Source of the DNA: Candidatus Limnocylindrales bacterium
GTDB taxonomy: Bacteria > Chloroflexota > Limnocylindria > Limnocylindrales > CSP1-4
Direction: 5' to 3'
Assembly (NCBI GenBank): GCA_038915815.1
Contig: JBCLCL010000007.1
Span: forward strand, 26-64,025
Length of the DNA: 64,000 nt
The stretch's first letter is position 1; the number at the start of each line of letters is the position of its first letter. The position numbers and the translations under genes are program-made. Of this stretch, positions 59,358 to 64,000 are shown in pieces. The notes under the pieces are model-generated. The model saw only the letters and a program-made list of their open reading frames with translations, made no database searches and had not been told where the DNA came from.

Positions 59358-60992
59358 TCACCCGGCGGGTGGTGCCAGCCCGACGCAGACCGTGTACCCG
59401 GGAGCATCCCCGCCCGACCCGGCGCGGAATCCGTAGGCTGCGGGCCCGCCGAACTCGGCCGTGAGGAGCGGCGCGACCACGACGAGGCCCGGGACCGCGC
59501 CGGCGGCTGTCAGGATCGGGAGGGGCCCGGCATCGGCGAACGGGAAGAGGATCCGTGACGCCACCGGCGTCAGCTTCGTCCCATCGGGCCCGACCAACCC
59601 GATCAGCGTTGGTCGCCCGCGGATGAAGGTGCCACCGCAGCCGATCGCAGCGGTCCCGCTCAAGCCCGGGTAGCGCGTGCCCGTCTGGGGCGTGATCGGC
59701 ACCAGTCGGGTGGCCGTCGCCTCCAGTCCTCCGTTGCGTGATTCGGTTGTGCCCAGGAGGACGCCGCCCGCGCCTGCATAGCGTGCCCAGGCGCGCGTCG
59801 CTGACAGCAGGGCCGGCTCGGCGGAGACAGGACCCGGGCGGAGCTCGACGTGCCAGGTCCGGTCATGTGCGCCGTCGCCATCCTCCCAGACCACCGTGAT
59901 CGCGTAGACGCCGGGGCGCCACGTCGCGCCCGTGGCCGGCGCAAACGCGACGTACGAACGGCTCTCCCCGGAGCCGGTCGTCGTCTCTCCGACGATTCGC
60001 GTCGTGTCGTCGAAGGGGGCCAGCCGACGCAGGACCGCCGATCGGACGGTGGACGCCGGCGGCAACACCACGCCGAGCCGGGTCGCACGCGGCTGCCAGG
60101 ATCTGGCCACGAACGACCCGGGCTCTGGTCCCGTCCCTCCGGGGTCCAGGTCGAGCCAGGCCCCGGCCTCGTCGAGCGCCGGACCCGCGCTGGACGCCAG
60201 CGGGACCACGGCAGGCCCCACCTGCGCGAAGAGCCCAACCGGAAGGCCCTCGAACCACGCTCCGTCCAGTGCCGTGGTCGGGCGGCCAGCGCCGGGCCAC
60301 GGTTTCGGATCCGGCAGGTCCCCGGAGGCGTCGCGGATCAGCAGTTCGACCCGCCTGATCTCGCCGCCGGCCAGCAGGTCGATCCGATATCGGCCCGGCG
60401 CCCACGAGTGGACGGCGGCCTCCGCGCCGCTCCGCCGAAGCAGCAGGTACGCCCCGCGAGCCGGCACGACATCGACCGGCCGCGTGTCGATCCATTCGGG
60501 TTCGGCCACGGCCCGGACCCGCCAGATCCTGAGGGCGAGCGGCGCCTGCTCAGGGGGAAAGGTGACACCCAGGGCGACAATCGAGCCGTCTCGCTCATCG
60601 ACGACGGCGATGCGACCCGGGAAACCGTCGAGAGGGTTCGCATCGGCGGCGACCCAGCGCTCCGAGTATCGGGCCGTCGTACCTGGCGGTGCCTCTGGCT
60701 GTGGACCCATGACGATGGTCCGGATCCCCCATTCCGATCGCCGCGAGATCACCGACCGAACGTCAGCCCAGGTCGGCGGAACGAGGTCCCCAGGGATCGA
60801 GATCGCGGGAGGTTTCGGGCTGGCTGAGGCGGGGGCCGGCGATGGGCCGCCCGCAGGACCGGGCCCCACGTCGCCCCACGGCTTGACGACCGCAACGATG
60901 AGGGCGACGGCCACGACCGCGACGCCGACGGCCACAGGATCGAGCCGCCGGCGGCGCGGCCCGAGCTTGACCGGCTCGAAGTCGGCGCTCAT
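59358..60992 (-). CDS. Membrane-anchored extracellular hypothetical protein with internally repeated domain
   Basis: N-terminal TM (VAVGVAVVAVALIVAVVKPW); repeated LGV.(F/L)P...W.PG.Y.I units. Confidence 0.8.
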   Translation of the reverse strand: MSADFEPVKLGPRRRRLDPVAVGVAVVAVALIVAVVKPWGDVGPGPAGGPSPAPASASPKPPAISIPGDLVPPTWADVRSVISRRSEWGIRTIVMGPQPEAPPGTTARYSERWVAADANPLDGFPGRIAVVDERDGSIVALGVTFPPEQAPLALRIWRVRAVAEPEWIDTRPVDVVPARGAYLLLRRSGAEAAVHSWAPGRYRIDLLAGGEIRRVELLIRDASGDLPDPKPWPGAGRPTTALDGAWFEGLPVGLFAQVGPAVVPLASSAGPALDEAGAWLDLDPGGTGPEPGSFVARSWQPRATRLGVVLPPASTVRSAVLRRLAPFDDTTRIVGETTTGSGESRSYVAFAPATGATWRPGVYAITVVWEDGDGAHDRTWHVELRPGPVSAEPALLSATRAWARYAGAGGVLLGTTESRNGGLEATATRLVPITPQTGTRYPGLSGTAAIGCGGTFIRGRPTLIGLVGPDGTKLTPVASRILFPFADAGPLPILTAAGAVPGLVVVAPLLTAEFGGPAAYGFRAGSGGDAPGYTVCVGLAPPAG

Positions 60993-61005
60993 CGGCGACG
61001 CGTGG

Positions 61006-62061
61006 TCAGCCCGCCAGCGGGACGATCCGGCCCTCGGCGTCGATGGTGGCCTGGCGGCGAAGGCGCCTGAGCTCGGCGCCGGGGACCTGGTCGCGGGCGC
61101 GGTAGCTCGAGCGCACGAGGGGGCCCGATTCCACGTGCTTGAAGCCGAGCGCCAGCGCCTCCGCCTTCATCTCGGCGAACTCGTCCGGGTGGTAGTAGCG
61201 CTCCAGCGGGAGGTGCTGGAGCGACGGCCGCAGGTACTGGCCGATGGTCAGGATGTCGCATTCGACCTCGCGCAACGCGAAGAACGCCTCGTGCAACTCT
61301 GCGCGATCTTCGCCCAGGCCGACCATCAGCGAGCTCTTCGTGTGGACCCGGTAGCCGATCCCGCGGGCCATGGCCTTGGCGTGATCGAGGACGCCCAGGC
61401 TGCGCTCCCAGCGAGCGCGCTTGCGGACCGGCTTCTGGAGCCGGCGGACGGTCTCCAGGTTGTGGTTGAGGATATCCGGCTTCGCCTCCATCACGACCTG
61501 GAGCGCCTCGTCGTCGCCATTGAAGTCCGGGATCAGGACCTCGATGCCCATCGCCGGCGACGTCTCGCGCATCTGTCGGATCGTCTCGGCGAAGACGCTG
61601 GCGCCGCCGTCGGGCAGATCGTCGCGGGCGACGCTGGTGACCACCACGTGCTCCAGGGCGAGGGTGCCGATCGCCTCGGCCACGCGTCGAGGCTCGTCAT
61701 CGTCGAACCAGGTGGGTCGTCCGGTCTTGACCGCGCAGAACCCGCAGGCCCGGGTGCAGGTGTCGCCCAGGATCATGATCGTGGCCGTGCGCTGGTCCCA
61801 GCACTCCCCGATGTTGGGGCAGTGCGCCTCCTCGCAGACGGTGTTCAGCGACAGGCCGCGGAGGAGTCCCTTGAGCTCGTGGTAGTTGTCACCCGACGGC
61901 AGGCGCGAACGAATCCAGTCGGGATGGCGGCGCAGGGCGGTCGAGCCGTCGGCCGCCGGTTCGCCGACGAGGCCGCCGCCCATGGCAATGGTCGACAGCT
62001 CGACCGGATGACCGTGCCCGGAGCCTCCGGGCGGACTGAACATCGGGAGCTCACGAGCCAT
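61006..62061 (-). CDS. lipA: Lipoyl synthase
   Basis: CEEAHCPNIGEC, CTRACGFC, NHNLETV, LTIGQYL, RSSY; leaderless TACACT(62068-62073)-N6-ATG. Confidence 0.97.
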   Translation of the reverse strand: MARELPMFSPPGGSGHGHPVELSTIAMGGGLVGEPAADGSTALRRHPDWIRSRLPSGDNYHELKGLLRGLSLNTVCEEAHCPNIGECWDQRTATIMILGDTCTRACGFCAVKTGRPTWFDDDEPRRVAEAIGTLALEHVVVTSVARDDLPDGGASVFAETIRQMRETSPAMGIEVLIPDFNGDDEALQVVMEAKPDILNHNLETVRRLQKPVRKRARWERSLGVLDHAKAMARGIGYRVHTKSSLMVGLGEDRAELHEAFFALREVECDILTIGQYLRPSLQHLPLERYYHPDEFAEMKAEALALGFKHVESGPLVRSSYRARDQVPGAELRRLRRQATIDAEGRIVPLAG

Positions 62062-62084
62062 CGTCGAAGTGTACGACGGCTCAG

Positions 62085-63467
62085 TCAGTCGAGCGGCGTT
62101 TCGGGTCCGATCCCCTCCAGCCAGGTCTTGATCGCCCGCAGGAAGGCGGCCGCGCCGGCACCGTCGTTGGCTCGGTGGTCGATGGCCAGGACCATGTTCA
62201 TGATCGGCCGGATGGCGATCACGTCGCCCTCGGGCGTCTCTCGAACGACCGGCCGCTTGGTGATCGCCTCCATGGTCAGGATCGCGACTTCCGGCACGTT
62301 GATGATCGGCATCGTCAGGTTGGAGCCAAGCCAGCCGGTGTTGTCGATCGTGAACGTGCTGCCTCCGTAGTCGTCCACCCGGAGCTTGCCGGCACGGGCG
62401 CGTTGGGCGACCTCGGCGATCGCCCGGTTCAGCCCGCCGATCGAGAGCTGGTCAACGTCACGCACCACCGGGACCAGCAGACCGTCCTCGACGGCGACGG
62501 CGACGCCCATGTGGATGTGGCGCTTGGCCAGCAGCCCCGCCTCGGTCCAGTGGGCGTTGAACGTCGGGAATCGCCGGAGGGCGTCGACAGCGGCCTTGAT
62601 GACGAACGGCACGTAGCTGAGCGAGATGCCCTCGCGCGCCTGGTAGTCGCGCTTGGCGCCTTCGCGCGCCCGGACCATGCCGCTGACATCGGCCTCCATG
62701 TGGACGTAGGCGTGCGGGACGGCGAGCGCCCGGGTCATCTGCGCGGCGATCCCCTGGCGCATCCTGGTCATCGGCAGCAGGACTTCGTCGGCGCCCTCGG
62801 GAAAGACGACAGGCGTGCCAGCCGCGGGAGCGGGAGATGGTGGCGGGGTCCTGGCGGGCGCGGCGGGAGAAATCGCGACGGCGGGGACGGCCGGGGTCGG
62901 CGAGGATGTCGCCGCGACAGGCGCGGCCCCGCCCGTCCGGATCGACTCGACGACATCGAGTACGTCCTCGCGGGTGATCCGCCCGCCGCCGCCGGTCCCG
63001 ACGATCTGGGCGGCGGACAGGTCGTGCTCGCGAAGCAGGCGGCGGACCGCCGGAGTCATCCGGGCGTCGGGATCGGCGCCGACTACTGGTGCGGGTGCAG
63101 GGTCGGCGGCCGGCGGTGGAGGCGTCGCGACGGTCGCGGCCTTCTCGGGTGGTCTGCGCTCGTCACTGCCGGCGGGCGAGGCACTCGGTGGTCGAGCTGC
63201 GGCCGGACCAGCCTGGGTCGTGGGTACCTCGTCGGCCGTCTCGATGACCGCGATCTCGGCGTTGTTGGGGACCGTGGCGCCTTCCTCGGCCAGGATCTCG
63301 CGCAGCACACCCTCGAACGGCGACGGGACCTCGGCGTTGACCTTGTCCGTGATGACCTCGACGAGCGGCTCGTACTTGGCGACGTGATCGCCCGGCTGCT
63401 TGAGCCACTTCCCGATCGTCCCCTCGGCGACGCTCTCACCGAGCTGGGGCATCGTCACCTTGGCCAC
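62085..63467 (-). CDS. 2-oxoacid dehydrogenase E2 dihydrolipoamide acyltransferase
   Basis: MPQLGESVAEG, lipoyl motif TDKVNAE, E3-binding TPAVRRL..GTGGGGRITRED, catalytic DHRANDGA; GTG 63467 with SD GGAGG. Confidence 0.95.
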   Translation of the reverse strand: MAKVTMPQLGESVAEGTIGKWLKQPGDHVAKYEPLVEVITDKVNAEVPSPFEGVLREILAEEGATVPNNAEIAVIETADEVPTTQAGPAAARPPSASPAGSDERRPPEKAATVATPPPPAADPAPAPVVGADPDARMTPAVRRLLREHDLSAAQIVGTGGGGRITREDVLDVVESIRTGGAAPVAATSSPTPAVPAVAISPAAPARTPPPSPAPAAGTPVVFPEGADEVLLPMTRMRQGIAAQMTRALAVPHAYVHMEADVSGMVRAREGAKRDYQAREGISLSYVPFVIKAAVDALRRFPTFNAHWTEAGLLAKRHIHMGVAVAVEDGLLVPVVRDVDQLSIGGLNRAIAEVAQRARAGKLRVDDYGGSTFTIDNTGWLGSNLTMPIINVPEVAILTMEAITKRPVVRETPEGDVIAIRPIMNMVLAIDHRANDGAGAAAFLRAIKTWLEGIGPETPLD

Positions 63468-63608
63468 GTTCGCAGGTCCTCCGCTGGCGCCCGACTCTCG
63501 ATCGGCGCGCTGGGGTCCACTCGGTAAGGCCCTAGTGTCGCCCATCTCGGGGGTGAGTGCGCAGCGGCTGGCGCGCAGAGGCTTGCGGAAGATGGCGGTT
63601 CCGCGTTC

Positions 63609-63630
63609 GTTCCAACCAAGCGGAACGATC
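63609..63630 (+). repeat. Dispersed 22-bp repeat, copy C
   Basis: GTTCCAACCAAGCGGAACGATC, containing a GTTCC-N8-GGAAC palindrome. Confidence 0.8.
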
Positions 63631-63979
63631 AGCCAAGGCCTGCCTGGGTGCCGCGCGCCAATTCGGCGAAGAGCACATCGAAGGTCGTGACGTTGAAGCA
63701 GGATCGCCCTGCATGCGGCGGGGCAGCTCGGGCGACCTCGACTCGAGGATATCGGGGAAGGCGTAGACGGACATCGGATGGAAGCTGACGCGGGTTTCGA
63801 GGCCAGGTCATCGGGACCGTCTCCCGCCGGTCTCGATCTCTCCTCAGGGCAGGGCGCACTCCCCTCGATGACCCAGCTGCTGAACCGGATTCCGCTCCCA
63901 CCAGCAGATTCGGGGGTAGCAGCTCCACGAGGCGGGCCCGATGTCGCCGATGGGGCCGACGGGCGGCCGACCCGTGCAC
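63629..63979 (-). CDS. Possible hypothetical protein or gene remnant
   Basis: Only the C-terminal end (FNVTTFDVLFAELARG) looks protein-like; its stop abuts repeat copy C. Confidence 0.25.
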   Translation of the reverse strand: MHGSAARRPHRRHRARLVELLPPNLLVGAESGSAAGSSRGVRPALRRDRDRRETVPMTWPRNPRQLPSDVRLRLPRYPRVEVARAAPPHAGRSCFNVTTFDVLFAELARGTQAGLG

Positions 63980-64000
63980 GACTCCCGTTCACGCCGCTCG

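Noticed and set aside
63609-63630. GTTCC...GGAAC as a parS site
   Set aside because: parS has a 4-nt ACGT centre (GTTTCACGTGAAAC); here the spacer is 8 nt.

Overview
High-GC bacterial chromosomal window. Gene content suggests a Chloroflexota-like organism, possibly Limnocylindria; this is inference only. It is mostly core genes on the minus strand. Contents: (1) two paralogous zinc-ribbon/class III adenylate cyclase/STAND-NTPase/TPR genes; (2) a collapsed integrative-element remnant at tRNA-Val(CAC), where a tyrosine-integrase N-terminus is joined to a frameshifted large serine recombinase that ends inside the tRNA; (3) a dcw cell-division/peptidoglycan cluster (mraZ to ftsZ, yggS, yggT, DUF167) with its promoter and MraZ boxes, an unknown 65-aa ORF, no murC/murE, and a 6S RNA where sepF usually lies; (4) rnpB and rnhA; (5) a central-metabolism block (sdh, icd, sucCD, methylmalonyl-CoA epimerase and mutase, biotin-dependent carboxylase) interrupted by a MazF/PemK-type toxin-antitoxin pair; (6) parAB preceded by DnaA boxes; (7) lipid/envelope genes, tRNA-Glu(CTC), acyl-CoA dehydrogenase, adenosine deaminase, lipA and an E2 acyltransferase. 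Cross-cutting signals: at least 10 genes have a leaderless TANNNT-N6-start layout; three genes lack a usable canonical start codon (CTG, CTG, ACG proposed); both cyclases have a micro-uORF overlapping their start; short tandem duplications frameshift two genes; a 226-bp inverted-repeat-bounded structured element lies at 39448-39673; and a dispersed 22-bp repeat occurs three times, with two copies bracketing an ArsR gene. No CRISPR array or rRNA was seen. No database searches were run.
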